DNA from: Nitrososphaerota archaeon
Lineage (GTDB): Archaea > Thermoproteota > Nitrososphaeria > Nitrososphaerales > Nitrosopumilaceae
Direction of reading: 5' to 3'
DNA length: 64,000 nt
Assembly: GCA_028867755.1 (NCBI GenBank)
Contig: JAGWFT010000001.1
Location: forward strand, 452,727-516,726
Both the position numbers and the translations under genes were made by a program. Below the pieces are notes generated by a model, which saw nothing but the letters and a program-made list of their open reading frames with translations, was not told the DNA's origin and did no database searches. This document shows positions 49,839 to 60,161 of the stretch, piece by piece (the stretch's first letter is position 1; every line of letters starts with the position of its first letter).

Positions 49839-49913
49839 AGGGCCCGGAGGGATTCGAACCCTCGACCTGGTGGTCCGAAGCCACCCGCACTATCCTGGCT
49901 ATGCAACGGGTCC
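49839..49913 (-). tRNA. tRNA-Arg (TCG)
   Basis: GGTGG-CTTCGGA-CCACC anticodon arm, A20 identity base, GAGGG-TTCGAAT-CCCTC T arm; A3:C70 mismatch in the acceptor stem. Confidence 0.9.
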
Positions 49914-50065
49914 AATCAAGTAAGAATTTAACAGGGCTATAATGATTCTGTATTTATTTTATTGAACTAATTTAAGATTAGATGTAAGAAAATTTTGTTG
50001 CTGTATCTAAAAGACAAAAATGCTGTATAGATGTGAAAATGTTACAAATTCAATAATACCTTCTG

Positions 50066-50710
50066 TTACACCTTTTCAGCCTTGAACACATAATATGCTT
50101 CGTAAGCAGGGTTTTTTATATCGTAGTATGTAATTCTAAAATTCTTCAAAAGCTCGGCTATTTCCTCGTCTTTGTAAGCATAAGTTTCATCGTTATAGAA
50201 AGACATTCTTGGTATCTGTGCGTAAAACAACCCACTGCTTTTTAATATTCGATGTATATCATTCACATATGATTTTTGAATCATTTTGTTCATATGTTGA
50301 AAGGCTATTTCACAATAAACCACATCAAATGTTTTGTCTTCTAGAATGCTTAGTGTCTTGCCATCATTTACGTAGAATTTAGCATTTGGATATTGTTTAT
50401 TATATTCTTTAGCTTTTTCTATCATATCAGGAATGAAGTCAACTCCTACGTATTGTTTTACCTTTGGAGAGACCCATTTGCATGTTCTACCTATTCCACA
50501 AGCAAGATCTAAAACAACAAATTCAGGAAGTAGTGGTATATCTAAGAAAAACAATATGCTATCTTTCTTAGTTGCAAATGTTTCTCTATCAAATCCATCA
50601 CAAATTTTCTCTATTGTTTTTTCTAATGGTCCCTTAGCAGCTTCAGCCCAATATTCTTTAGTTCTATCAGTTGGATGTTTCTTGAAAAATCTATGTAAAA
50701 AACCAGTCAT
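50066..50710 (-). CDS. class I SAM-dependent methyltransferase
   Basis: VLDLACGIGR, YVGVDF, FDVVYC.IAFQHM, ILKSSG.F. Confidence 0.88.
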   Translation of the reverse strand: MTGFLHRFFKKHPTDRTKEYWAEAAKGPLEKTIEKICDGFDRETFATKKDSILFFLDIPLLPEFVVLDLACGIGRTCKWVSPKVKQYVGVDFIPDMIEKAKEYNKQYPNAKFYVNDGKTLSILEDKTFDVVYCEIAFQHMNKMIQKSYVNDIHRILKSSGLFYAQIPRMSFYNDETYAYKDEEIAELLKNFRITYYDIKNPAYEAYYVFKAEKV

Positions 50711-50983
50711 TTTGTAAGCGTTTTACATTTTAACCTATTAAATGTTATAGATTCAAGAATGTAATAAACTCTCAAAATTACGTTTACACAGGATCATTAT
50801 CTAAGTCCTGATCTAGAAGTATTTGCAACACACAGTAATGGTATTGGATATGCTTTCTTATGATTATGTGTCTTTGTGTATAAGTAGAGTTTTCTCTACT
50901 CTTTATCTGCATCTTCGTACTGAAATGGGATTTAAATTCTTACCTTGAAAGTATTATACGTGGCTAAATATTTGTCTAGGTAA

Positions 50984-52156
50984 TTGAAAATATCACAAAG
51001 AGTAGCGGGTGTAGAATATGCCATTCGCGATATTGCACTTGAAGCACGAAAATTGCAGAAACAGGGTAAACAGATTACCTATCTTAACATAGGAGATCCC
51101 TTGCAATATGATTTTCAACCACCCGAAAATGTCAAGGAAGCACTGATAAAAGCAGTCAAAGATGGGCAAAACTATTATGCTGTTTCAGAAGGATTGCCAG
51201 AATTACGTGAAGAAATAGCAAAAAAAGAAAAGAAAAAAGGCCTTGAAATTTCTGAAGATGATATTCTTGTAACAAATGGCGTTTCAGAAGGCCTTGAGAT
51301 GATCACTGCATCAATAGTAGAACCAGGCGACGAAGTTCTCATACCTGGGCCGTATTATCCGCCTTATGCTTCCTATGTTAGATTATTTGGAGGAAAACCA
51401 ATTGAATTTGCAGTAGATCTACACAAGTCTACTCCTGATTTGGACGATATTCGAAGAAAGATTTCTTCAAAGACAGTGGCCATATGTCTGATAAGTCCAA
51501 ATAATCCAACAGGTGCAGTCTTTAGCGAAAAATCACTAAAAGATTTAATCGATATTGCTAACGAGCATGATCTCTACATAATATGCGATGAGATATACGA
51601 TCAGATAGTGTTTGATGAAAAATTTGTTGGAATTGGAAAAGTTAGCGGTGATTCTCCAGTAATACTCCTAAATGGATTTTCTAAAGTTCACCTTATGTCT
51701 GGATGGAGAGCTGGTTACATCGCTTTTAATCAATCAAAGAAATTAGAATCTCTAAGAGAGAATGTACCTAAACTTGCTCGAGTTCGAATTGCTACAAATC
51801 TGCCTGTTCAATATGCTGCTTTAGAGTCTCTCAAAGGCCCACAAAACTATATCCAAAAATTTGTTTCAGAGTTAAAACAAAGAAGAGATTATACAATTAA
51901 GAGACTAAATGGAATGAATAATATCAGTTGTTCAAACCCAAAAGGTGCCTTCTATGCATTTCCAAAGATTGAGAATAACAAATACGCTTCAGATAAGGAA
52001 TTTGTTATAGAACTTTTAAAATCAAAAGGAATTCTTACAGTACATGGTTCAGGCTTTGGAACTCAATATGGCAGTGGACATTTCAGAATGGTATTTCTTC
52101 CTGAGATTCCTATTCTAGAAAAAGCACTTGATAAAATAGAAGAATTCGTAGGTTAA
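50984..52156 (+). CDS. class I/II PLP aminotransferase (alanine aminotransferase-like)
   Basis: EYAIRDI, LNIGDP, TNGVSE, SPNNPTG, DEIYD, GFSKVHLMSGWRAGY, HFRMVFLP. Confidence 0.9.
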   Translation: MKISQRVAGVEYAIRDIALEARKLQKQGKQITYLNIGDPLQYDFQPPENVKEALIKAVKDGQNYYAVSEGLPELREEIAKKEKKKGLEISEDDILVTNGVSEGLEMITASIVEPGDEVLIPGPYYPPYASYVRLFGGKPIEFAVDLHKSTPDLDDIRRKISSKTVAICLISPNNPTGAVFSEKSLKDLIDIANEHDLYIICDEIYDQIVFDEKFVGIGKVSGDSPVILLNGFSKVHLMSGWRAGYIAFNQSKKLESLRENVPKLARVRIATNLPVQYAALESLKGPQNYIQKFVSELKQRRDYTIKRLNGMNNISCSNPKGAFYAFPKIENNKYASDKEFVIELLKSKGILTVHGSGFGTQYGSGHFRMVFLPEIPILEKALDKIEEFVG

Positions 52157-52572
52157 AATTTCCAAGTCACGATCTTTTTTGGAATTATTTCAATAATGCA
52201 GTCAGTATCTTTCAAGAGATATTGAGCAGATTTATTTTTCAAGTTTTTGAAATATCTCAAGAGGATTCTCTTAGCAACTGATTTTACACGTCTATTTCCT
52301 AAAATCAGTCTTGCTTTTCCTATCCCCATTATGCCAAAAATCTCTGGGGCGCTTATTCCAATATCTATACAAAATGAGACTTTTGGATTCTGTTTAACGT
52401 TTTTTGCTTTTTTTGTTCTAGTATTAGTTCCAATATAAAATCTATCATTTTCATAATTGTACCAAACAGGAACTATGTGCGGATTACTTTTGGCGTCTAT
52501 CGTGGCAATTCTCAAAATTTTTTGTGTTCTTATAAAATCCTTAGCTCTCATAATTTCCACCTCTGAAACCAA
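52153..52572 (-). CDS. pyridoxamine 5'-phosphate oxidase-like (split beta-barrel, possibly F420-binding) protein
   Basis: RIATID..SNPHIVPVWY, T..RTKKAKNV.QNPKVSFCID. Confidence 0.85.
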   Translation of the reverse strand: MVSEVEIMRAKDFIRTQKILRIATIDAKSNPHIVPVWYNYENDRFYIGTNTRTKKAKNVKQNPKVSFCIDIGISAPEIFGIMGIGKARLILGNRRVKSVAKRILLRYFKNLKNKSAQYLLKDTDCIIEIIPKKIVTWKF

Positions 52573-52765
52573 GAATAATCAAAAATCCACCAATCCCAAA
52601 CATAGCAGTAGATACTTTTTCACTTGTAAGTTCCTGAGAGGTGAAAAAATCTGATACAAAGTCAGGCCCAAAGATTAACAAATCTCTGATAATGGGAATT
52701 ACTGCTACAATTATAAATAAAATGCCCATAGCAGTGAACCAATTTTTTCGTGGACCAGTTCCCAT
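52541..52765 (-). CDS. small hypothetical membrane protein
   Basis: 74 aa with two TM helices; co-oriented between npdG and the PPOX-like gene. Confidence 0.65.
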   Translation of the reverse strand: MGTGPRKNWFTAMGILFIIVAVIPIIRDLLIFGPDFVSDFFTSQELTSEKVSTAMFGIGGFLIILGFRGGNYES

Positions 52766-52787
52766 CTTTTATTTTTGTAACTACTGA

Positions 52788-53459
52788 TTAAATTATCTTT
52801 ATGCCTGGATTTTTGATTTTGTTTCTTATCATTGCATTAATAAGAATTGGCGTGGCAGTTTCAGCAAGATATGAGAGAGAGCCAGGTCCTAGTAAAATGG
52901 GCCTTAGGTTCTTTATTTCCTTGATCAGACCATTAACAATATTCACCGCATTTTCGTTATCTCCGCACACAAATATGTCTGAATCTAAGACAAGTTTTGT
53001 ATCTATGAGTTTCTTCTCTGAAATAGTATGAAACGCTGTTACTAGATTTGATTTATCTTTCATATGTTTTTGCACTAACTCAAAAGCAGAGGGTTTTTTC
53101 TCTTTAAATGAAATTAATTCAAAACCCGCATCAGTTTTAGTGAGAGGCACTATGGGAGATATGACAATGCAACTATCCTTAACATTTGGAAGAAGCTGAG
53201 AGCATATTGCATCTATATTCTCATATGGTATGGAAAGTACTAATACGTCGCTTTCTTTTGCAGCAGAAATGTTGTCCACTCCCATTATCTTGCCTTTTGG
53301 AGAGTTGTGTTCTTTCAGTGCACTGGCAGAATATTCATGAGCTGCTTCATCAGCTTTTGCAGAATCTCTCGAACCAATCAGAATATCATGATTGACACAC
53401 CATCGTAAAGCAAACCCCTTTCCCATTCCACCTGTACCGCCAATTACTCCAATCTTCAT
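52788..53459 (-). CDS. npdG: NADPH-dependent F420 reductase (F420H2:NADP+ oxidoreductase)
   Basis: IGGTGGMGKGFA, IGSRD..KA, DN..AA..SDV.VLSIPY, ISPIVPL, AFHTIS. Confidence 0.9.
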   Translation of the reverse strand: MKIGVIGGTGGMGKGFALRWCVNHDILIGSRDSAKADEAAHEYSASALKEHNSPKGKIMGVDNISAAKESDVLVLSIPYENIDAICSQLLPNVKDSCIVISPIVPLTKTDAGFELISFKEKKPSAFELVQKHMKDKSNLVTAFHTISEKKLIDTKLVLDSDIFVCGDNENAVNIVNGLIKEIKNLRPILLGPGSLSYLAETATPILINAMIRNKIKNPGIKII

Positions 53460-53523
53460 ATATCATGATTGTTCTGACAATCTTATTATTATCTCTATTT
53501 AACAAATCGTTTCAGAATAGATA

Positions 53524-54138
53524 TTGTTTCTTTTTCTTCGTCATGGACAAGCCAAAAACAATGTAGAACGAATTCTTGCAGGCCGCGCAAAAGGGTATCC
53601 ACTGACAGATCAAGGTATCAAGCAAGCCAGTGAGATAGCTGACTTTCTTAAACCATTTAACATACAAGCAATCTACTCAAGTCCAATCGAACGGGCTGAA
53701 CAGACTGCTAATATAGTGGCAAAAAAACTGGAAATGGACTACAATATAGATGACAGACTAACAGAAATTAACATGGGATCTCTGGCAGAAATGACTTTTG
53801 ATGAAATGTTTGCAAAACATGGAAATATTTTTCTCAAGTTTTATGAAGGCCATCCAATAATAGAGAAAAATGGCATAGAAACATTTGATAGCATTAAAAA
53901 AAGAGTTCTTGACCTAGTTGGGCATTGTTCTAAAAAATACTATAATGAAAATATATTGTTTGTAACACATATGGATCCAATCAAATCTATGCTTTCTACT
54001 GTCATGCAGTTAAAGCCTGAATCTTTGTATGAGTTGATAATTAGAAATGCGTCTTTGACCATGTTCAAAAAAGAACAATCTAACCTCTCAATAATCTCGA
54101 TCAATTCTATGTATCCAGAGCGTTATCCAAAAGAATGA
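53524..54138 (+). CDS. histidine phosphatase (phosphoglycerate mutase family)
   Basis: RHGQA..N, SSPIERAEQTA, L.EINMG, VTHMDPI. Confidence 0.9.
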   Translation: MFLFLRHGQAKNNVERILAGRAKGYPLTDQGIKQASEIADFLKPFNIQAIYSSPIERAEQTANIVAKKLEMDYNIDDRLTEINMGSLAEMTFDEMFAKHGNIFLKFYEGHPIIEKNGIETFDSIKKRVLDLVGHCSKKYYNENILFVTHMDPIKSMLSTVMQLKPESLYELIIRNASLTMFKKEQSNLSIISINSMYPERYPKE

Positions 54139-54252
54139 ATATCTGGAGAATTATTTTTTTTAATATTAAATCACATTTAAGATGTTTTAACTAATTGAGG
54201 CGATTTTTTCTAACAGAACCAATATCTATGGGTTAGCGTCATCACGAATAGA

Positions 54253-55254
54253 TTGAAACTATCGATAGCAGGTCTCATGCTTTTTGTTGTTATGAGTGGT
54301 CTTTTGTCTCAGGCTTATGCTATTTTGGCGCCTCTAGAGCTATACACTGATTCTCAGGTATATTCTGAAGGTCAACCACTTCTTGCATATGGTAAAACAG
54401 CATTATCAAATGAAACCATAATTCTTAGATTGTTTGCTCCAGACGGTACTATCAAACAATTCAATCAAATTACATCTGATAGAAATGGAGACTTTAATCA
54501 AATACTCATTAGATGGCCTAATGCGACCACAAACTATCCTTACGGAACATATTCCGTAGAGGCAATTGACCAAAAAGAGCAGGGATTCTCACAAAAAGTA
54601 GATGTAGCATTTGCATCATCTTCATCATTAATATCTGCTCCAATAAAGCGAACGGTGATAATATCGGTTTATGCTCCACAAACTGCAGCAGTCAACCAAA
54701 CATTCCGGGTCTTTGTTCAAATAACAAGTGACGGCTTGCTAGTACCAGGCGATCCTTCAAAACTCCTGGCTGGTTCACACGTTCACCTACCAAATGGCAA
54801 TGTGACAATTCTCACTAATTCTTTTACGACTCTTCATCAAGGACTTTACTACGTTGACTTTACACCAACGCAGGAAGGCACATATGTATTCCATATGACT
54901 GCACTCAGCCAAGGTACTGAATCAAACGGATCAGTTGCTACATTGGTACTAAAACAAAGTATAGAAGGAATCTCAGACCAGATCATAAGATTAAACTCTG
55001 TACTAGACACAACGTCCAACGAACTTGATAAGATGAAAGCAGAAGTTCAAGGTTTTGGATATGTGTTGAATACAAGTCAAAATTCAATAGCACAAGCAAA
55101 TGAAAACATGAACAAGAGTGTAACCTCGATGTCAACATCTGTGCAAAACCTTGAGGCAGCTTCAGGACAATTCAATTCTCTCTTTTTACCAGTTGTTGCC
55201 TTGATTGCTGTAATCATTGCATTACAAATAACTATTCTTGCTAGGCGAAGATAA
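54253..55254 (+). CDS. exported protein with C-terminal coiled coil and membrane anchor
   Basis: Signal peptide, two beta-rich Ig-like modules, heptad-rich stalk, C-terminal TM plus RRR. Confidence 0.75.
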   Translation: MKLSIAGLMLFVVMSGLLSQAYAILAPLELYTDSQVYSEGQPLLAYGKTALSNETIILRLFAPDGTIKQFNQITSDRNGDFNQILIRWPNATTNYPYGTYSVEAIDQKEQGFSQKVDVAFASSSSLISAPIKRTVIISVYAPQTAAVNQTFRVFVQITSDGLLVPGDPSKLLAGSHVHLPNGNVTILTNSFTTLHQGLYYVDFTPTQEGTYVFHMTALSQGTESNGSVATLVLKQSIEGISDQIIRLNSVLDTTSNELDKMKAEVQGFGYVLNTSQNSIAQANENMNKSVTSMSTSVQNLEAASGQFNSLFLPVVALIAVIIALQITILARRR

Positions 55255-55259
55255 CAATA

Positions 55260-58200
55260 ATGGTAAATAACAAATCATATACCATGTCAAAAATTGCATT
55301 TTTTCTGATATCACTTCTCTTGGTATCTCTGATTCAAAATCCAATTAGCGCATACTGTGACATAGATATTCCAAGACCAACACAAACTTCCACTCCGGAA
55401 AGAACATCTGATCTAATAACTTTTCAAACCATCTCACCTGAGAATTCTGTAAAGAGATACATAATTTTTGGCTCAGGGCCAATTTCTGAGATAACTCAAA
55501 GATCAGAAAATATTATTTATGGATTAAATTCTGATCATGGATCATTTGCAGTAGGTGTTTTCAATCAAAACGAAATCTCAAATCTAAAACTTGATGGCTA
55601 TAATGTAATTGAGGATCTGCCGTTGGAGTTTGATTCTGCAAAAACCAACTCTCATGAGCCTATTGATGTCTCTAGGGTTGGTGATATACTTGGTTCCAAT
55701 AAAATAATTCAACAATATGACTACACAGGAAATGGCATTAAGATAGGAATAGTTGATACTGGAACAGACTTTTCAAATCCTGATGTAAGGGATTCTCTTG
55801 CCAGAGATGAAAATAATATTCCTGTTATGATCGATGCAGATGGCCAAGGACTAGTATTAACAAATGCAACATTTGTTGCAACTATAGGTAATAATGGTGT
55901 AATTCAGAATTACACTCAACCAATTCCAAAAAATATAACATCTTCTGTTTATGTCAACTCAAATGGTGTATTTCTTGATCTAAACCGAGAAGGAAAAGGG
56001 ACAACAGTCCAAGTGTATAATTCACAGTATCCAAAGGGTGGTACACCTACAATAAATGGTACCGTCTCTGATGATTACAAAATAGGCAAGGACTCTAGAC
56101 ACTTTATTGTGTCAAAAAGTGGCATGTATCATTTTGGGATGATATATGAGAGTGTATCACAAGGTCAACTTTCCATACTACAATTAGTTCCAGTTCTTGT
56201 AGTTGATGCAAAGATACCAGGTGTATATGATACAATCATCCCAGACATGTCTGACTCCTATAAGGATTTTTTGAAACTTGATAACCCATTATTCATAAAA
56301 TATGATTTTGATTTTACCACGCAAACCCCAATTACTCTAGGAAGCGGAAAGGAATTTCTAGTATATGATAAAAATCATGATGGAAATCCACAATACAGTG
56401 CTGGTACAGTTGGTGCACATGTTCTTGATTTATACGGTGTAATTGCAAAATCGTCTACAATCGATAAAAAACTTGGAGCAATAAACGGTACACTGCTTCC
56501 TCCTCTTGATCCTCATGGCAATTTTTTTGGCATAATGTATGATTATGGTGGGCATGGAACAGCTACAGCAGCCTCGATCACATCTCAAGGGAAACAACAA
56601 TACGATGTCTATGGAAACTCCACACAATATGTAATTCGAGGTATTGCGCCTGGTGCTAAGATAGTTCCCATAAAGGCACTGTGGATTGGTGATGCGATAT
56701 ATGGATGGTTATGGGCAGCAGGATTTGATCAGAATGGTAATAATTGGAAATTTTCAGGAAATACTAGAGTTGATATTTTATCTAACAGCTGGGGGATTTC
56801 CACTTTTCCTGCACTAGAGTCAGTACCTGGACTTGATATTCAATCATTATTACTTAGTGCACTCAATGTTCCAGGTTCACTAGATGGAAAATATCCGGGA
56901 ATATTGACCGTAAGTAGTTCAGGTAACGCCGGACCTGGATATGGAACAATGGGAAGTCCAGATGCTGCACCTTTTGGTCTTACTGTAGGAGCTACAACTG
57001 ATAATGTCTTTGTTGGTTATGGTCCTTTTAAGGGTCAACCAAGATTTGGAAATAGCACTTTTTATTATGGAGACATATCAGGCTTCTCAAGCAAGGGGCC
57101 GTCATTAATAGGGGATCCAAAACCTGACATAATGGCAGTGGGAGAATATAGCTTTACACCAACCTCTGTTACAAAATACAGCAAAAATTCGACAGGATCA
57201 TTTTCTTTATTTGGAGGAACAAGTCTTGCAGCTCCTCTTACGTCGGGCTCAGCTGCAATTGTGATGCAAGCTTTACATGAAAAAGGAATTTCCTACAACC
57301 CGTTTATGGTACGAAATATACTAATGTCTACTGCAACAGATCTAGGAAATGATCCTTTTGCCCAAGGATCTGGATTGGTTAACGTAACAAGTGCAGTTAA
57401 TTATGTATTGGGAAACAATGATACTTTTGTAGTTTACAACAATGCAACATATCAAAATGTAAAACAAGTGCTAGAGCCAGCTATTAGTTTAATGAATTCT
57501 TCTGCATTTGGACTAAATAATTTTCATCTGGGCAATGCATCACTTCAAGAAACACCTTGGTTTGCTGGCCGATTATATCCAGGCGATAGAACTACTGCAA
57601 CTTTCACCGTTGAAAATCCAACTGATAATGATATAACAATAGAAATAGAACCTCAAAAACTTGATTTGATGAAAACTTCTCAATATGATGGAACCACAGA
57701 ACCACGCTTGCATGATCCTCTGATTAAAAAACAAGGAGTTTATAGTCCTGATTATGTGCCACTTGCTCAAATAACAAATCATACAAGTCTACTATCCTTT
57801 TTCCAAAAAATAAATCCAATTCCACGTGATGCGTCTCTAATGGTGCTTAACCTTGCATTTCCATTCTCAGAGTTTATGAATTCTTCTGCCAAAACCTATG
57901 CTGATGACATGAAAATATCTTCTCTGTATCTATATGATTGGAACAATAAACATAATGATACCCAACCGACATACCAAGAACTCTCACTTGTCAATAGAGG
58001 GGGTTCTTGGGGAACCACTCAAGAGATAAGAATTTCCGACCCAAATTCAAAATTTGAACATATACCTCTAGTTGGTGTGTATCCTGTACCTACGCGATAT
58101 TCATATTGGTCTGGAGATACCAAGAAAAACTCCACTTCAATTGATTATACCATTACTGCGAGTTATTATAAGAAAACCCAATGGAATGAAATATGGTTTG

Positions 58201-59516
58201 ATTCAAACAGCGTAAAAATAAAACCTCATAGCAAAGCCACAATATCTGCGACACTTGTTGTCCCATCTGATAAAAAAGCAGGAGTCTATCAAGGGTTTGT
58301 CTTATTCAGAGATGAATCGCACATAGTTAATGTACCAGTGTCATATGTTGTATTAAAAAAATTACAGCCAAAAGATCTACCCACAGTCATACAAGGATCA
58401 AATGGAAATACTCTTTTTGGAAATGGGTACGTGGGAGGAGGATTTGATATGTCTAATAGATATAATGCAGGTGATTGGAGAGAATATTATTTCAACATAG
58501 ACGACAAAACCATAAACACGGCAACAATGATTCTTTCTTGGAAAGATCCTGATACTAATCTATCTGTATTTATTATTGATCCACAAGGAAGGATAATTCA
58601 AACAAATGTTCCATCTGGAATATTGGGAAAATTTCAAGGGTGGCCAAGTGGAGACTGGTTAGGGCCAAGCACACCGTTTAGCGAAGGTGGTGGATTCTAT
58701 CCAGTAAAAAATAAAGATGCTACGTCGACAGAAGTTTATGCACCTATTAACCAAACTGGTGTATACTCTATCCTGATTCATACTACATTGTTTGGAGGAG
58801 AATCAGTTGCAGAACCTATAACAATGGCTACAAAATTTTCTACCATTTTACCAACTGAGAATTCTCCACAGATAAATCTAAAAATTCCTCAATTCATCAA
58901 TAACACCTACAAGATCACACCGACAATAATTGGACAAAATATACAGGATGAAAAATATTATCTAGATTCTATAGGCCAAAAAATGCTTAATGAAACTATA
59001 TCTCCAATCTCTATTGAAAATCTCTCAGAGGGAATGCACGATCTTAACATAGTTGTATCAGATACGGTTGGTCATACCATCTCAAAAGATTTTAAATTTG
59101 TAGTAGATAACACTCCGCCGATAATTACTTTCGAGTCTCCAACAAATGGCTCAACTGTCTCAGGAATAATCAATGTCAATCTAAGTGTTGATGAAGCTAA
59201 TTCATTGGAAAAAAATTGGCTTACAGTAAAGCTCCCAAACCGGACAGTTTCTGATAATAATACGTTCCTATATGACACTAGAGCTATTCCTAATGGTCCT
59301 TACTATGTAGAAGCTGTCGCTAAAGACAAGGCAGGAAACATTGCGGACAAAAAGATTACAATTAACATAGATAATTCAATATTGAGCATCATATCTGTAT
59401 CAGATAAAACCGATCAGAATTTTGTAACTTTGATCGAAATATTGGTTGGAATTGCAACGGCATCGTTGATACTAATTATTACTTTTAAAAAATTTAGATT
59501 TCTAAGAAGAACCTAG
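55260..59516 (+). CDS. large S8 (subtilisin/pyrolysin-like) serine protease with C-terminal Ig-like domain and TM anchor
   Basis: Catalytic Asp (IVDTGTDF), His (GGHGTATA), oxyanion Asn (SSGNAG), Ser (GGTSLAAP); signal peptide; C-terminal TM plus basic tail. Confidence 0.92.
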   Translation: MVNNKSYTMSKIAFFLISLLLVSLIQNPISAYCDIDIPRPTQTSTPERTSDLITFQTISPENSVKRYIIFGSGPISEITQRSENIIYGLNSDHGSFAVGVFNQNEISNLKLDGYNVIEDLPLEFDSAKTNSHEPIDVSRVGDILGSNKIIQQYDYTGNGIKIGIVDTGTDFSNPDVRDSLARDENNIPVMIDADGQGLVLTNATFVATIGNNGVIQNYTQPIPKNITSSVYVNSNGVFLDLNREGKGTTVQVYNSQYPKGGTPTINGTVSDDYKIGKDSRHFIVSKSGMYHFGMIYESVSQGQLSILQLVPVLVVDAKIPGVYDTIIPDMSDSYKDFLKLDNPLFIKYDFDFTTQTPITLGSGKEFLVYDKNHDGNPQYSAGTVGAHVLDLYGVIAKSSTIDKKLGAINGTLLPPLDPHGNFFGIMYDYGGHGTATAASITSQGKQQYDVYGNSTQYVIRGIAPGAKIVPIKALWIGDAIYGWLWAAGFDQNGNNWKFSGNTRVDILSNSWGISTFPALESVPGLDIQSLLLSALNVPGSLDGKYPGILTVSSSGNAGPGYGTMGSPDAAPFGLTVGATTDNVFVGYGPFKGQPRFGNSTFYYGDISGFSSKGPSLIGDPKPDIMAVGEYSFTPTSVTKYSKNSTGSFSLFGGTSLAAPLTSGSAAIVMQALHEKGISYNPFMVRNILMSTATDLGNDPFAQGSGLVNVTSAVNYVLGNNDTFVVYNNATYQNVKQVLEPAISLMNSSAFGLNNFHLGNASLQETPWFAGRLYPGDRTTATFTVENPTDNDITIEIEPQKLDLMKTSQYDGTTEPRLHDPLIKKQGVYSPDYVPLAQITNHTSLLSFFQKINPIPRDASLMVLNLAFPFSEFMNSSAKTYADDMKISSLYLYDWNNKHNDTQPTYQELSLVNRGGSWGTTQEIRISDPNSKFEHIPLVGVYPVPTRYSYWSGDTKKNSTSIDYTITASYYKKTQWNEIWFDSNSVKIKPHSKATISATLVVPSDKKAGVYQGFVLFRDESHIVNVPVSYVVLKKLQPKDLPTVIQGSNGNTLFGNGYVGGGFDMSNRYNAGDWREYYFNIDDKTINTATMILSWKDPDTNLSVFIIDPQGRIIQTNVPSGILGKFQGWPSGDWLGPSTPFSEGGGFYPVKNKDATSTEVYAPINQTGVYSILIHTTLFGGESVAEPITMATKFSTILPTENSPQINLKIPQFINNTYKITPTIIGQNIQDEKYYLDSIGQKMLNETISPISIENLSEGMHDLNIVVSDTVGHTISKDFKFVVDNTPPIITFESPTNGSTVSGIINVNLSVDEANSLEKNWLTVKLPNRTVSDNNTFLYDTRAIPNGPYYVEAVAKDKAGNIADKKITINIDNSILSIISVSDKTDQNFVTLIEILVGIATASLILIITFKKFRFLRRT

Positions 59517-59555
59517 ATAAGGTTTATATGCAATTTTTCAATCACGAAACTTTGG

Positions 59556-60161
59556 ATGTCTGAGCAAGATACTAGGGGTACCGTTACTAGGCGAGACTTT
59601 CTCAAACTTCTAGGCGCCGCAGGCGTTGCAACTACCTTTGCACCCTTTGTCCCATGGGGTCAATTTATGCCAAATCCTTCAAACATAGTACCATCAAAAG
59701 TTCAGGTAACTTTACCAGATGGTACAGTGGCCAATGTTAAGACATTTCCAAAGAACAGTTCCGAAGTCATAACTTATCCATCCAGTGGAGATCCAGTTCT
59801 TGATCAAGAGGCATTTAAAAAATGGCAGTTTATCAGATTGCCTTCAGAATTAGGTGGAGATGCAGATGATGTTAGTGCTTTTCGCGTTTATAGTATGGTT
59901 TGTTTACATTTGTGGTGTTTGTGGAAATATTGGCCGCAGGATGGCAGAAAAAGAGGAGAATGCCCCTGTCATGGCAGTATGTATAATCCATTGACTGGCA
60001 AAGCGTTTGCAGGTCCTGCATCTCTTCAAGCCCCTCCTTCAAATGTATTAGCAACACTTTATCTTGAAGCTGATGACAAGGGGGATCTGTGGATAAAGCC
60101 AGCAGTATGGAATGTCAACGAGAATGGAATAGTGGGATATGGTCGTTTCCTTAAAACGTAG
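59556..60161 (+). CDS. petC: Rieske [2Fe-2S] protein of complex III with Tat signal
   Basis: TRRDFLK Tat motif; CLHLWC and CPCHGS boxes. Confidence 0.93.
   Translation: MSEQDTRGTVTRRDFLKLLGAAGVATTFAPFVPWGQFMPNPSNIVPSKVQVTLPDGTVANVKTFPKNSSEVITYPSSGDPVLDQEAFKKWQFIRLPSELGGDADDVSAFRVYSMVCLHLWCLWKYWPQDGRKRGECPCHGSMYNPLTGKAFAGPASLQAPPSNVLATLYLEADDKGDLWIKPAVWNVNENGIVGYGRFLKT

Noticed and set aside
50784-50912. 42-codon ORF (MQIKSRENSTY...) on the minus strand in the methyltransferase/aminotransferase intergenic region
   Set aside because: No motif, no clear promoter context, and a length expected by chance.
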